Shown here piece after piece: positions 17,844 through 26,960 of a DNA stretch of 32,000 bases. Location: the NCBI GenBank assembly GCA_022646745.1, contig CP060262.1, positions 1,200,001 through 1,232,000 of the forward strand, written 5' to 3'. A program made the translations under genes and the position numbers. The DNA comes from Planctomycetales bacterium. Its GTDB lineage: Bacteria > 4484-113 > JAFGCY01. Each line of letters starts with the position of its first letter. The first letter of the stretch is position 1. The notes below the pieces were generated by a model. The model was not told where the DNA came from, ran no database searches, and saw only the letters and a program-made list of their open reading frames with translations.

Positions 17844-20348
17844 TCAGTTGTAGATGATGCCGAAGTTGATGAAGTTCTCCGTGTTGTTCTGCCAGGCCAC
17901 CACCGGTCGGCCATCAGCTTCGCCAACGGCCAGCACGATCGGCGCCGCCGCATCGTAGCTTGTCAGGATGACCGGGTCACCCCAGGCGTTGCCATAACCA
18001 TCCAGCGCAGGCACGAAGATCAGGCGGGCGTGGTTGGTGTCCTCGTGGTAGACGAGGAAGGGCAGGCCGCCGGCCATGCCGAGCTTGACCTCTCCGTAGG
18101 ACTCGACCTTGGCCACCACGCGGGAGTTGACCCACTGGTTGATGTGCACATTGCGCATGTAGCGCGTGCGCAGCTCGAAGCCGTTGTTGACATTGACATA
18201 AGACGCAGCCAGTGAGCCGTTCGGGATGTCGATCGCGTTGAGCTTGTAGGAGTTGGTGGCATCCACGTCACCGCCCTGGTTGACGGAGCCCCAGGTGGTG
18301 CCATCCGCGTCGTCGCCGTCGCAGGAGCGCCAGCTGGCGGGCACGTCACTGGTGCGGATGAACACCGCGGTCGGGCGCTCGACGGTATTGAGCAGCACGG
18401 GCTGCAGGCCGGTGCCGACAGTGTTGTCCACCGTGACCGTGGCGTTCCATGCCGTGCCGTTCGCATTGCTGGCACGGGTGTACAGCATCGTGTTCGGCCC
18501 GCGGTGCAGGATCGCGGGGTTGCCGTTGATCACAGCCAGGTCGTTGATGCCGCCGGTGTCAAAGCCGGGGTTGTATTCAACCGGCGTGCCCCAGGCACTG
18601 CCATTGGCATCGGTGGCCCGTACGAACTTGCCGCGCAGGTTGCCGAAGTCGTAGAAGGCGATCGCCGGATTCCCATTGACAACTGCCATGCTCAGGCTGA
18701 AGGTGACCAGCGTCGTGTTGTAGATGACAACCGGGTTGTCCCAGCTCTCGCCGGCGCTGTCATCGGCGCGCAGGAAGTACGGTGTGCTGTTGAGCTGGTT
18801 TATGAAGGCGATCGAGGGATTGCCATTCACGGTCACCAGCTCGATGTTGCTGGAACCGCCGCTTTCGGCGATCGGGAAGAAATTCATGCCGCGCACGGTC
18901 ACACCGACGCTGGCAACGGTGCGGTCACCATCGTCATCAGTCACACGGATGCGGGCCGGGTAGTGGCCGGCCTTGTCATAGGCCCAGCTGGCTGAGGGGT
19001 TGGAGCCGCTGTCCAGGTCATAGACGTCGTCACCCTCGAAGTCCCACTCGTACTTGGCAACCAGGCCGTCCAGATCGATGCTGCTGCCGGCGTCGAAGTT
19101 CACTACCTGCCCGACGGCGACATTGTTGCTTGAGGCATTGATGTCCGCGAAGGGCGGCAGGTTGCCGATGTTGATCAGCACACTGAGGCCGCTTAGCGCG
19201 GTGTAGGTCCCACCGGCGTCGTAGCCATGCACACGGGTGCGCAGCACGCCGGCACTGTCCATCTCCATCTTGTATTCGGTGTCACTGGAGCCAGTCACCT
19301 CGAACACGCCGTCGCCATCGAAGTCGACGTCATACAGTTCAGCGCCGGAAACCGTGATACTCAGTTCCGAGCCGACCGGCAGCAGTGTGGTGGACGGTGT
19401 GACCGAGATCTGCTGCACGGTGTCGTCCTGGATGTCAGCCGTGATGATGCCGCTTGCGAACGGGCCATGGTTGCCATTGATGTCCACCGCGGCGACGCGG
19501 ATGTAATAGACATCCGGCGGCAGGGTCAGCAGGTGGCGGGTTGTTCCCTCAAGGTAGCCAATGTTCATCACCCCGGCTGCATCCGGATTGCTGAAGCTGT
19601 TCTTCGAATAGTAAATGGCATAGCCAGCCAGGTCACCATCGGCAACAGGATCCCAGGAGAGATCGATGCTGCTGCCGGTGATCGGACCGCCGATACCAGT
19701 CACCTCGCCTGGTGCATCGATGTCGCCGATCGCACGCTGGGCAAGGGCCAGGCTGACGAGGTCGATTTCCGAGCCGTCGAAGGTCAGCACTGCAACCCAG
19801 GCATTTCCGAGCCCGCTTATGTGGCTGGACTGCGGGTCAAGCAGGATGCGCACGTGGCTGTCGCTGAAAGGTCCGCTCCAGTCCCAGCGCCCGCTGCTGA
19901 AGTTTGCGGCAGCGGCGTAGTACTGCATTCCCGGCTGCAGGTTGGCATCGACGCTCAGTACGCCCGGCTCACTGCCGCCCATCGGGAAGCGGTGCAGGGT
20001 CCAGGCTGCCTGGTTCACGGCCGCAAGCAGGGTGGCGGCGGCGCCGTCCTTGCCAACCAGGCCGGAATCGTCAAAGAAGTCGCGTCCGGCCTGGAACTCG
20101 TCGTTGAGGGACAGGGCACTGGCCACCGCATTGCGCTGCGGGATCACGAAGCCATCGGCGTCGAGGCTCTCGCCGGGCTGCAACTGGTCCTCGGGGAACT
20201 GCGGCAAGGCTGAACTGTCCGCCTGTAGTGCGCCCAGAGCAGTCTGGTCATCCTGCTGCACTGGAAGCTGCGATGTGCCAGTCCCCCCGCCGCAGGAATT
20301 CAACAACAACAGGCACGCGCCCGTTATCGCAATCAGAAAGCGATACAT
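17844..20348 (-). CDS. lipoprotein: unknown N-terminal domain, FN3-like, Ig/PKD-like, PKD, 7-bladed beta-propeller (tandem paralogue 1)
   Basis: 834 aa. Lipobox LLLLNSC. SD AGGAGA. PKD segment YEWDFEGDD...RVTDDDGDR. About seven ~42-aa repeats around the NGNPAI motif (VNGNPSIAF, VNGNPAIAF, INGNPAIL...). Confidence 0.85.
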   Translation of the reverse strand: MYRFLIAITGACLLLLNSCGGGTGTSQLPVQQDDQTALGALQADSSALPQFPEDQLQPGESLDADGFVIPQRNAVASALSLNDEFQAGRDFFDDSGLVGKDGAAATLLAAVNQAAWTLHRFPMGGSEPGVLSVDANLQPGMQYYAAAANFSSGRWDWSGPFSDSHVRILLDPQSSHISGLGNAWVAVLTFDGSEIDLVSLALAQRAIGDIDAPGEVTGIGGPITGSSIDLSWDPVADGDLAGYAIYYSKNSFSNPDAAGVMNIGYLEGTTRHLLTLPPDVYYIRVAAVDINGNHGPFASGIITADIQDDTVQQISVTPSTTLLPVGSELSITVSGAELYDVDFDGDGVFEVTGSSDTEYKMEMDSAGVLRTRVHGYDAGGTYTALSGLSVLINIGNLPPFADINASSNNVAVGQVVNFDAGSSIDLDGLVAKYEWDFEGDDVYDLDSGSNPSASWAYDKAGHYPARIRVTDDDGDRTVASVGVTVRGMNFFPIAESGGSSNIELVTVNGNPSIAFINQLNSTPYFLRADDSAGESWDNPVVIYNTTLVTFSLSMAVVNGNPAIAFYDFGNLRGKFVRATDANGSAWGTPVEYNPGFDTGGINDLAVINGNPAILHRGPNTMLYTRASNANGTAWNATVTVDNTVGTGLQPVLLNTVERPTAVFIRTSDVPASWRSCDGDDADGTTWGSVNQGGDVDATNSYKLNAIDIPNGSLAASYVNVNNGFELRTRYMRNVHINQWVNSRVVAKVESYGEVKLGMAGGLPFLVYHEDTNHARLIFVPALDGYGNAWGDPVILTSYDAAAPIVLAVGEADGRPVVAWQNNTENFINFGIIYN

Positions 20349-20404
20349 CCTGATCTCCTGAAGTTTCGGATGAGTAATAGTAGGTCAATCACGGAATCAG
20401 CACA

Positions 20405-20431
20405 ATAAAAAGGGGACCCCGCAGGGTCCCC
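20405..20431 (-). terminator. rho-independent terminator of 20461..22959
   Basis: Minus strand: GGGGACCC-TGCG-GGGTCCCC (perfect 8-bp stem) followed by TTTTTAT. Confidence 0.75.
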
Positions 20432-20460
20432 AATCAATGTCAGCCTGCCCGAGCGCGGCG

Positions 20461-22959
20461 TTACTTGTAGACAGTTCCGAGGACGATGAAGTTCTCGCCC
20501 TCCGCCTTGTAGGCGAATATCACCCGCTCATCAGTTCCCAGCACGGCAAGCTGCTCCACGTAGTCGGTGCCGTGTTCCAGCAGCACGACCTGTGGATCCC
20601 ACTCGTAGCCATATACATCCCGCGCGCCTACATAGATCAGGCGCTTGGGCCAGGTCGAGAAATCCTCATAGACGATGAAGGGCAGACCATTCATAATGCC
20701 GATTTTCGCAATTCGTGGAGTGCCACCCTGGCTGACGATGCGCGGCTCACCCCAGTAATCACTGGGCAAGGTTTCACTTAGGTAGGCAATCCGCAGCTGG
20801 TTGCTTGAATCAGTATCCGCCGTATAGCAGGCGAGGAATCCGGGACCAGTGGCCACCGAATCAAACCAGTTGCCATCATCAATCGTGTCGTCACCGGCGA
20901 TTACAGGTGCCTTCCAGGCAATACCGTCGGCATCATCGGCCTCCACCCCGTACCAGTTGAGCATCGGGGCAACCTGGAGGAAAGAGGCTGACGGACCTCC
21001 ATTCGTCGCATAGAGCTGGGGGGTATGCCCGCTCACTGGTGAATCATAGAGTTTCACGCCTGGATTCCAGGCGGTGCCGGTGGCATTGCTGCTGCGGTAG
21101 TACCAGAGTTCATCCTGCGAATTGTTCTGTGTCAGGACAGCAGGATTGCCATTGATGATTTCCATGTCAATTGCATTGCCAAGTCCTGCGGCGCCGATCT
21201 GTATCGGGGTGCCCCATGTACTGCCATCAGCATCAGAGGCGCGCATGTAGAGCAGGCGGTCCAGGCCTGAGCTGCGGAATGCGACAGCAGGGTTGCCGTC
21301 GACATCCTGTACGCGCAGGGCTGCGCCGACATCCGAGCTGTCGTAGATCTTGGTCGGGTTTGGCCAGTCCTCGCCGCGTTCGTCCATCGCGCGCATGTAC
21401 CACAGCCGGGAATTCGCACCATTGATGAAGAACAGTGCCGGCTTTCCATCAACTGATTGAAGCTGCAGCTTGCTGTTGCTGCCCGTTTCGGCGATGAGGA
21501 TGCTGCTGGCACCGCGCACTGTCAGGGTGGCAAAGGCGGAGGAAGAGTCTCCGTCCTCGTCTGTCACCCGCATTTCGACGTCGTAGTAGCCGGGCTCGGT
21601 GTAAGTGTGGCTCGTGAAGGGTGTGCTGCCCGTGTCATCATCGAAGCTGCCATCGCCGTCAAAGTCCCACTCAAACGTGTCAATCACGCCATCAAGGTCC
21701 TGGCTGTTCACGGCACTCATGCGGATGCTCTGGCCGGGGGCGATGCTTGCATGCTCAAGCTCAAGTTCCGCGAAGGGCGGCAGGTTGGCAATTGTCACCA
21801 GCACACTGAGGCCGCCCAGTGCGACATGGCTGCCGTCCGCATCATGTCCTCGCACGCGCGCCCGCAGGATGCCGGCCCCGCTGGCCTGCATCATGTACTG
21901 GCTGTCACTGCCATCGCTGATCTCGAAGCTACCATCGCCATCGAAGTCGATGTCGTACAGCTCCGCTCCTGAAACATTGAGTTCCAGCTGCTCACCGATC
22001 TCGCTGAAGCTTGATCCGACGGTGACGACCAGGCCAGCCGCAGGCTGCCCGGTGACCTCAACCTGCTCCAGACCGCTGGGCGAACCTTCATTGCCGTTGA
22101 CATCCAGTGCACTGACAGCGATGAAGTAGCTGCCAGGCAACAGGTCGAGCTGGTGCCGTGTGGTTCCCTCAAGGTAGGGCAGCCGATTTACGCCTGCGGA
22201 ATGCGGGTTGATGAAGCTGCGATCGGACCAGTAGATTGCATAGCCGGCAAGATCACCTTCGGCGTTGTCATTCCAGACCAGTTCGGCCCCGCCGGAAACA
22301 GCCGTGGCATTCAGGCCGGTAACTGCATCCGGAGCCTGGGCATCGCCGCCACTTGCTGGACTGACGGATACGCCGACGACATCGAAGCTGACATCGTCAT
22401 AACCCAGCACGGCGGTCCAGGCATTGCCCAGCCCGCTCAGGTGGCTGTCCTGCGGGTCAAGCGGAATGCGCACGTGGCTGTCCATGAAGGGCCCGTGCCA
22501 CTCCCAGCGCGAGCTGTCGAAATTGGCAACACCGACATAGTAGCTGGCCGCATTCACACCCGGCAGCAGGTTCACATCGACACTGACAACCCCGGGCTGC
22601 TGTCCGCCCAGCGTGAAGCGGTGGACCAGCCAGGCACTGCCGCCGGGAGCGGCCTGCATCGTGGCGGCCACGCCGTTCTTGTCCGCCAGCCCGCTGGACT
22701 CCATGAAGTCCACGCCCGGCAGGAACTCATCAGCGGAGCCGATCGCACTGGCAACGGCATTGCGGTTCACCAACACATTTCCGGAAGAGTCGATGTCCTC
22801 GCCCGGCAGCAGGCTGTCAACGGGGAAAGCCGGCTGGCTGCCAGCGAGTGGAGCATCAGTCGCTTCAGGAGGCGTATTGCCGGCTGCGGTCTGGCCGCCG
22901 CCGCAGGATATCCCAAGCATTGCCAGGCAGATGACGGGAAGAAACAGAAGTCTGCGCAT
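20461..22959 (-). CDS. lipoprotein: unknown N-terminal domain, FN3-like, Ig/PKD-like, PKD, beta-propeller (tandem paralogue 2)
   Basis: 832 aa from ATG 22959 (MRRLLFLPVICLAMLGISC). It is colinear with 17844..20348: NAVASA, HRF..GG..PGV.SVD.NL, DSHVRI.LDP, DLAGYAIY, SGAELYD.DFDGDG, EWDF.GD, RVTD.DGD. The track ORF start at 23268 is an extension that overlaps arsC. Confidence 0.85.
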   Translation of the reverse strand: MRRLLFLPVICLAMLGISCGGGQTAAGNTPPEATDAPLAGSQPAFPVDSLLPGEDIDSSGNVLVNRNAVASAIGSADEFLPGVDFMESSGLADKNGVAATMQAAPGGSAWLVHRFTLGGQQPGVVSVDVNLLPGVNAASYYVGVANFDSSRWEWHGPFMDSHVRIPLDPQDSHLSGLGNAWTAVLGYDDVSFDVVGVSVSPASGGDAQAPDAVTGLNATAVSGGAELVWNDNAEGDLAGYAIYWSDRSFINPHSAGVNRLPYLEGTTRHQLDLLPGSYFIAVSALDVNGNEGSPSGLEQVEVTGQPAAGLVVTVGSSFSEIGEQLELNVSGAELYDIDFDGDGSFEISDGSDSQYMMQASGAGILRARVRGHDADGSHVALGGLSVLVTIANLPPFAELELEHASIAPGQSIRMSAVNSQDLDGVIDTFEWDFDGDGSFDDDTGSTPFTSHTYTEPGYYDVEMRVTDEDGDSSSAFATLTVRGASSILIAETGSNSKLQLQSVDGKPALFFINGANSRLWYMRAMDERGEDWPNPTKIYDSSDVGAALRVQDVDGNPAVAFRSSGLDRLLYMRASDADGSTWGTPIQIGAAGLGNAIDMEIINGNPAVLTQNNSQDELWYYRSSNATGTAWNPGVKLYDSPVSGHTPQLYATNGGPSASFLQVAPMLNWYGVEADDADGIAWKAPVIAGDDTIDDGNWFDSVATGPGFLACYTADTDSSNQLRIAYLSETLPSDYWGEPRIVSQGGTPRIAKIGIMNGLPFIVYEDFSTWPKRLIYVGARDVYGYEWDPQVVLLEHGTDYVEQLAVLGTDERVIFAYKAEGENFIVLGTVYK

Positions 22960-23077
22960 GGTCCGGTCCGTATATTGAGAATGGCCAATTCTATTGCAAG
23001 TCAGCGGCGCCGGTAAAGCATAGTTGCGTCCAGTGCTCAGCATAGGGCGGGCAAAGGCTGATGGATGCTGGACTGTC

Positions 23078-23536
<459 letters not shown>

Positions 23537-23567
23537 AGTCTAGTTCCTCACTGTGAAGATTGCGTGA

Positions 23568-23882
23568 TCACTTCGGCCGCACATTGCCCTTGAACCAGTG
23601 CAGCCAGTTGCCAAGGGTGTTCGTCAGTAGCTCGCGCTCCAGCACATAGATCCGCTGGCGCCCATCTCGGCGCACGGATACAAGCCCGCTTTCCTCCAGC
23701 TGGCGCAGGTGGCGGGAAGTGGTCGGCCAGGAGCAGCTGAAGCGCTCCGCGATGTCACCGGCTCCCATCTCTCCCCCGCGGAAGTGCAGCACCAGCAACA
23801 CCTGGCGGCGCAGCGGATGAGCGAGGGCGGCCATCACACGGTCCAGCTGGTCAAGGCCTTCGGTGGCGGTGTTCTCAGTCAC
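23568..23882 (-). CDS. ArsR/SmtB-family transcriptional regulator
   Basis: 104 aa. ALAHPLRRQVLLVL, wHTH motif GDIAERFSCSWPTTSRHLRQLEESGLV. The GTG start overlaps the upstream stop (GTGA). The protein has only one Cys. Confidence 0.85.
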   Translation of the reverse strand: MTENTATEGLDQLDRVMAALAHPLRRQVLLVLHFRGGEMGAGDIAERFSCSWPTTSRHLRQLEESGLVSVRRDGRQRIYVLERELLTNTLGNWLHWFKGNVRPK

Positions 23883-24208
23883 AGGGAGAGGTCCGTCACA
23901 TGGATGAAGTCCATCGGCGTTTTCGTGCCGCGCATTTCCACCAGGCCGCCCATCGGTTCCCAGATCGCCATCACTTCCGGCAGCTCATGGGCCCGGCGCG
24001 AGGCATCCTCGGAAAGCCACTCAAACACTTCGATGTAAACCAGGCCGCCGCCCTTTTCGCCACCCTTGTACAGCTGGGTCGGACGATCAGTCACCAGCCC
24101 GAGCTGGCTGAGTGTCGGCCAGTGCCGCTGAAGCAGTTCCTCGAACTGCGCATCGGCTCCTTCCTTCACACGGAAGGTGCAGACAACAACGATCCCTTCT
24201 CCGGCCAT
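23879..24208 (-). CDS. ABM-superfamily (dimeric alpha+beta barrel) protein
   Basis: GIVVVCTFRVKEGADAQFEELL...YIEVFEWLSEDASRRAHE fits the antibiotic-biosynthesis-monooxygenase-like fold. I prefer ATG 24208 because GGAGAA lies 4 nt upstream. The track start is ATG 24220. Confidence 0.6.
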   Translation of the reverse strand: MAGEGIVVVCTFRVKEGADAQFEELLQRHWPTLSQLGLVTDRPTQLYKGGEKGGGLVYIEVFEWLSEDASRRAHELPEVMAIWEPMGGLVEMRGTKTPMDFIHVTDLSL

Positions 24209-24219
24209 GACATTCTCCA

Positions 24220-24240
24220 TTAGCTGAATTGCTAACTATA
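24220..24240 (-). promoter_or_regulatory. candidate -10 (TATAGT) and overlapping inverted repeat, a possible ArsR-family operator
   Basis: Minus-strand TATAGT at 24235..24240. Inverted repeat TTAGC-N6-GCTAA at 24220..24235 covers the predicted transcription start. Further GCTAA (24257..24261) and GGATATCC (24249..24256) elements lie upstream. The arms are short, so chance is possible. Confidence 0.25.
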
Positions 24241-24349
24241 CTTGCTTAGGATATCCGCTAATCAAGGATTCCGCAAGGGCGGACCGGTACCAACGAAAAC
24301 CAGCGGTACCGGTACCCGCACTCGTTTAATGGATTCGTAACATATATGT

Positions 24350-25003
24350 ATGTTCCTGACGATGCGGGATTCCCGCCAGATCCCCAGGTTTTCGCTGGGA
24401 ATATTGCTAAGCCTTGTTGCGTTGCTGCTGGGAGGCTGCGGTTCCGGTGGACCGAGGAGTCTGTACATCGGAGACGTGGTGCTCAGTGGCAGCGCCATCA
24501 CTCCCGACCCGGACACCGCCGTCACGCACCCCGAGCTGGTAGATCTGCTTAATCGCGTCAGTGCGCAGCGTAACTTCCACCTGGGCAGCGTTGACTTCAC
24601 CGAAGGCCAGTTTGAGCCGGATTATGGTGCGATGCAGCTGCGGGACAGCTGGACCAAAAGCCAGGTGCGCAAGGGTGGCCAGGTCTGGCGCGCTGGTGTG
24701 AAGGATGCCACGCCCGAAAAACTCAGCGGCGAAGGCAGCATGTACACGGCCGGGCCCTACATGAAGCTGACGCATGTGATTGAAAGCGATGACCCGACGC
24801 TATTCAACCTGATCCTGCGCGGGCAGTTCAATCGCACCGAAGTGCAGGAGCATCTCGATGAGATCAACCCGCGCATGGTGAAGAACGCCCCACTGGAAAG
24901 CGATAGTTTCCTGGCTAGCTTCATCCTGACCGGGGCCTTGGATGGCAAGCCCTTCACCGTGGAGTTCGTGCAGACAATGCGGGCGGAGTTCGGCAAGTTC
25001 TGA
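24350..25003 (+). CDS. lipoprotein, unrecognised module family (single module, divergent)
   Basis: 217 aa. Lipobox ALLLGGC. TAACAT (24338..24343) lies 6 nt upstream of the ATG, and there is no SD. The C-terminus is FILTGALDGKPFTVEFVQ. Confidence 0.7.
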   Translation: MFLTMRDSRQIPRFSLGILLSLVALLLGGCGSGGPRSLYIGDVVLSGSAITPDPDTAVTHPELVDLLNRVSAQRNFHLGSVDFTEGQFEPDYGAMQLRDSWTKSQVRKGGQVWRAGVKDATPEKLSGEGSMYTAGPYMKLTHVIESDDPTLFNLILRGQFNRTEVQEHLDEINPRMVKNAPLESDSFLASFILTGALDGKPFTVEFVQTMRAEFGKF

Positions 25004-25088
25004 GTTACAGGGATTCCCTGGTTCCGCTAGAATGTATACGGGCCGAATACCGGCTGGCAGTGGCTGGCCAGAAGTTGGGGATAGATTC

Positions 25089-26294
25089 ATGCTTTCAAGG
25101 GTAATTACTGGGACAGTGCTGTCCTGCTTAGCGCTTCTCTCCATTTTGCTCATCCAGTCTTGCAGCCAGCCGATCGCTTGGACAGAAGAACAACAATCCA
25201 TCCAGGTATTGCAACTCAAGGCTGCCAGTGTCACGTCCGCTGAAGGTATCGATCTTATTGATGCCCAGGCCCAGGTGCAGGCGGCCCTCTCAGAAGGCAG
25301 CATCCCGATTAATATCGGTTTTGCGGAATACCACCGCACTATCGATCCCGGCCAGCTGCTGCGTCAGGGGCTGCCGGTCGGGAATGGCACAGTCACTTCC
25401 GATCTGGCACCACGCTTCACTGCTTCGAATACTGAGCAATACACAATCACGGTCCCGTTCTTCCAGCAGGCAGCCTATGGGAACGGCGCGGGACTGGATG
25501 CAATGCTGCTGGCCAGTGGCGTTTTCAGCCGCAGCGACTGGCAGGCCGGCAAGGAACACATCTTCGAACCGACTATCAGCGGCACTCCCCGGCAGGGCAG
25601 CTTTGAAATAGAGTGGACGGTGACCGGCTACCGTGACGGGCAGCAGTGGACAGCCCAGGCATCGCAGCAGGCATTCCGTCGGGCCAATGGATTCTGGTAC
25701 GACCAACAGGGACAGCAGCCCCCAAAGCTAAGCTGGCGCTTTGGTGAGGTTGACATTGAATCTGACAACAGCCCGCACCCTGAAATCGGTGAAACCCTGT
25801 CCGCGATGATGGAAGGAATGCGCCAGGACCGGATAGACACCAGCCTGCCAGCTGATGTGCGCAGCCTGCTTGAGCAGCACGGGCTGCTGGACCAGATTGA
25901 CAGGTTGCAGCCCCTGCAGCAGATCACATTGTGGCAAGGCGATGCCCAGCTTGAACAGCAGGTCTACTACAGCAGGCAGCATCCGACGCCGTTCCTCGGT
26001 GGCAAACCGGTGCAGCTGCACTTCATCGACACCGGCTCCCAGCTGCAGCTGGAGAACATACTGCCACTCCAGCTAGTGCTGGCTGACAACAGCATCGCCT
26101 ACATCACAAGCGTGCAGGCCAGTCTGCCCCGCGATGTGGTGGAAACCGCACTTGGCAATCCGGTTGCCTCAGTGACAGAGCCGGACAGCGGCAATCCCGC
26201 CAGCCTGCCCCTCGTATGGCAGGTGGAGGGCAGCCATGGCGACCGGCCATTCAGCATGACCATCAGCCAGCCGAGCTGGATCAGCCTGGACTGA
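25089..26294 (+). CDS. lipoprotein, unrecognised module family (two tandem modules)
   Basis: 401 aa from ATG 25089 (MLSRVITGTVLSCLALLSILLIQSC), with GGGGA 8 nt upstream. Module ends are FEIEWTVTGYRDGQQWTAQASQQAF (residues ~171-196) and LVWQVEGSHGDRPFSMTISQPSWISLD (C-terminus). The track start at 24942 overlaps the previous gene. Confidence 0.7.
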   Translation: MLSRVITGTVLSCLALLSILLIQSCSQPIAWTEEQQSIQVLQLKAASVTSAEGIDLIDAQAQVQAALSEGSIPINIGFAEYHRTIDPGQLLRQGLPVGNGTVTSDLAPRFTASNTEQYTITVPFFQQAAYGNGAGLDAMLLASGVFSRSDWQAGKEHIFEPTISGTPRQGSFEIEWTVTGYRDGQQWTAQASQQAFRRANGFWYDQQGQQPPKLSWRFGEVDIESDNSPHPEIGETLSAMMEGMRQDRIDTSLPADVRSLLEQHGLLDQIDRLQPLQQITLWQGDAQLEQQVYYSRQHPTPFLGGKPVQLHFIDTGSQLQLENILPLQLVLADNSIAYITSVQASLPRDVVETALGNPVASVTEPDSGNPASLPLVWQVEGSHGDRPFSMTISQPSWISLD

Positions 26295-26297
26295 GGA

Positions 26298-26951
26298 ATG
26301 CTGCGGGCACTTCGCTCAATCCTGCTGGCAATGTTCCTGCTGTCAGGCTGCCTGCCGCTGCCGATTGCGATCCAGCCCTATTCCAGTCCGATAACTGATG
26401 GGCTGGCGCTTGGAGAAGCTGAGATCAGGGAATCCAGCGGTATCAATGCGGAGGATGCGCAGGCAATCGTGGATGAGGTGCTCGAGCATGGCTTCATCCC
26501 CTTGCTTTACTCCGGCAATGAGCAGAGCAAGGACAAGCTGAAGTTCCACATCGGGGAAACCATGCATCCGCCGGGGGACACGCCGGGTAGTTTCCATGCC
26601 CGCATTGACTCAATCGTTGGTGATACGGTTGCCATTTCGATGCTGCTGCCTGATTCACGGCCAGAGCAGGACCAGCCGTCCGGACCAGGGCGTTTGCAGT
26701 GCCGGGCCGGTTTCAGCAACACGCGCTGGAATGCAGGACGCAATTCCTCGTGGCAATGGAATGCAGCGAGCTGGAGTGACCAGTCACGGCTGATCATGCT
26801 TGACTGGGAGATATCCGGAAATGACAACGGACAGGCCTGGAGCCTGACTGCCAGTCAGCCGGCGCTGCGATTGAGCTTCCACCACTGGCACTGGGGATAT
26901 GGCTGGTTCGCGGGTGAATCACCGCTTGGTGCCTTCCGGCCCGCATACTGA
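26298..26951 (+). CDS. lipoprotein, unrecognised module family (single module)
   Basis: 217 aa. Lipobox MFLLSGC. The ATG lies 3 nt after the upstream stop. GINAEDAQAIVDEVLEHGFIP parallels GIDLIDAQAQVQAALSEGSIP of 25089..26294, and IMLDWEISGNDNGQAWSLTASQPAL parallels its module ends. Confidence 0.7.
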   Translation: MLRALRSILLAMFLLSGCLPLPIAIQPYSSPITDGLALGEAEIRESSGINAEDAQAIVDEVLEHGFIPLLYSGNEQSKDKLKFHIGETMHPPGDTPGSFHARIDSIVGDTVAISMLLPDSRPEQDQPSGPGRLQCRAGFSNTRWNAGRNSSWQWNAASWSDQSRLIMLDWEISGNDNGQAWSLTASQPALRLSFHHWHWGYGWFAGESPLGAFRPAY

Positions 26952-26960
26952 CAATCCCAA

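Noticed and set aside
19227-20213. 328-aa + strand ORF inside 17844..20348 (also 22153..23016 inside its paralogue, 13079..13774, 30465..31106, 8949..9572 and 6669..7622)
   Set aside because: All are antisense to genes with strong protein-like features such as signal peptides, domain motifs and paralogy. Their compositions are typical of antisense frames.
17844-22959. Cohesin assignment for the unknown N-terminal domains of the 830-aa paralogues
   Set aside because: I could see no resemblance to type I or type II cohesin sequence patterns, so I left this as an open question rather than a call.
24942-25088. Upstream extension of ORF 24942..26294
   Set aside because: It overlaps the 3' end of the preceding gene, and the signal peptide starts at ATG 25089 with GGGGA upstream.
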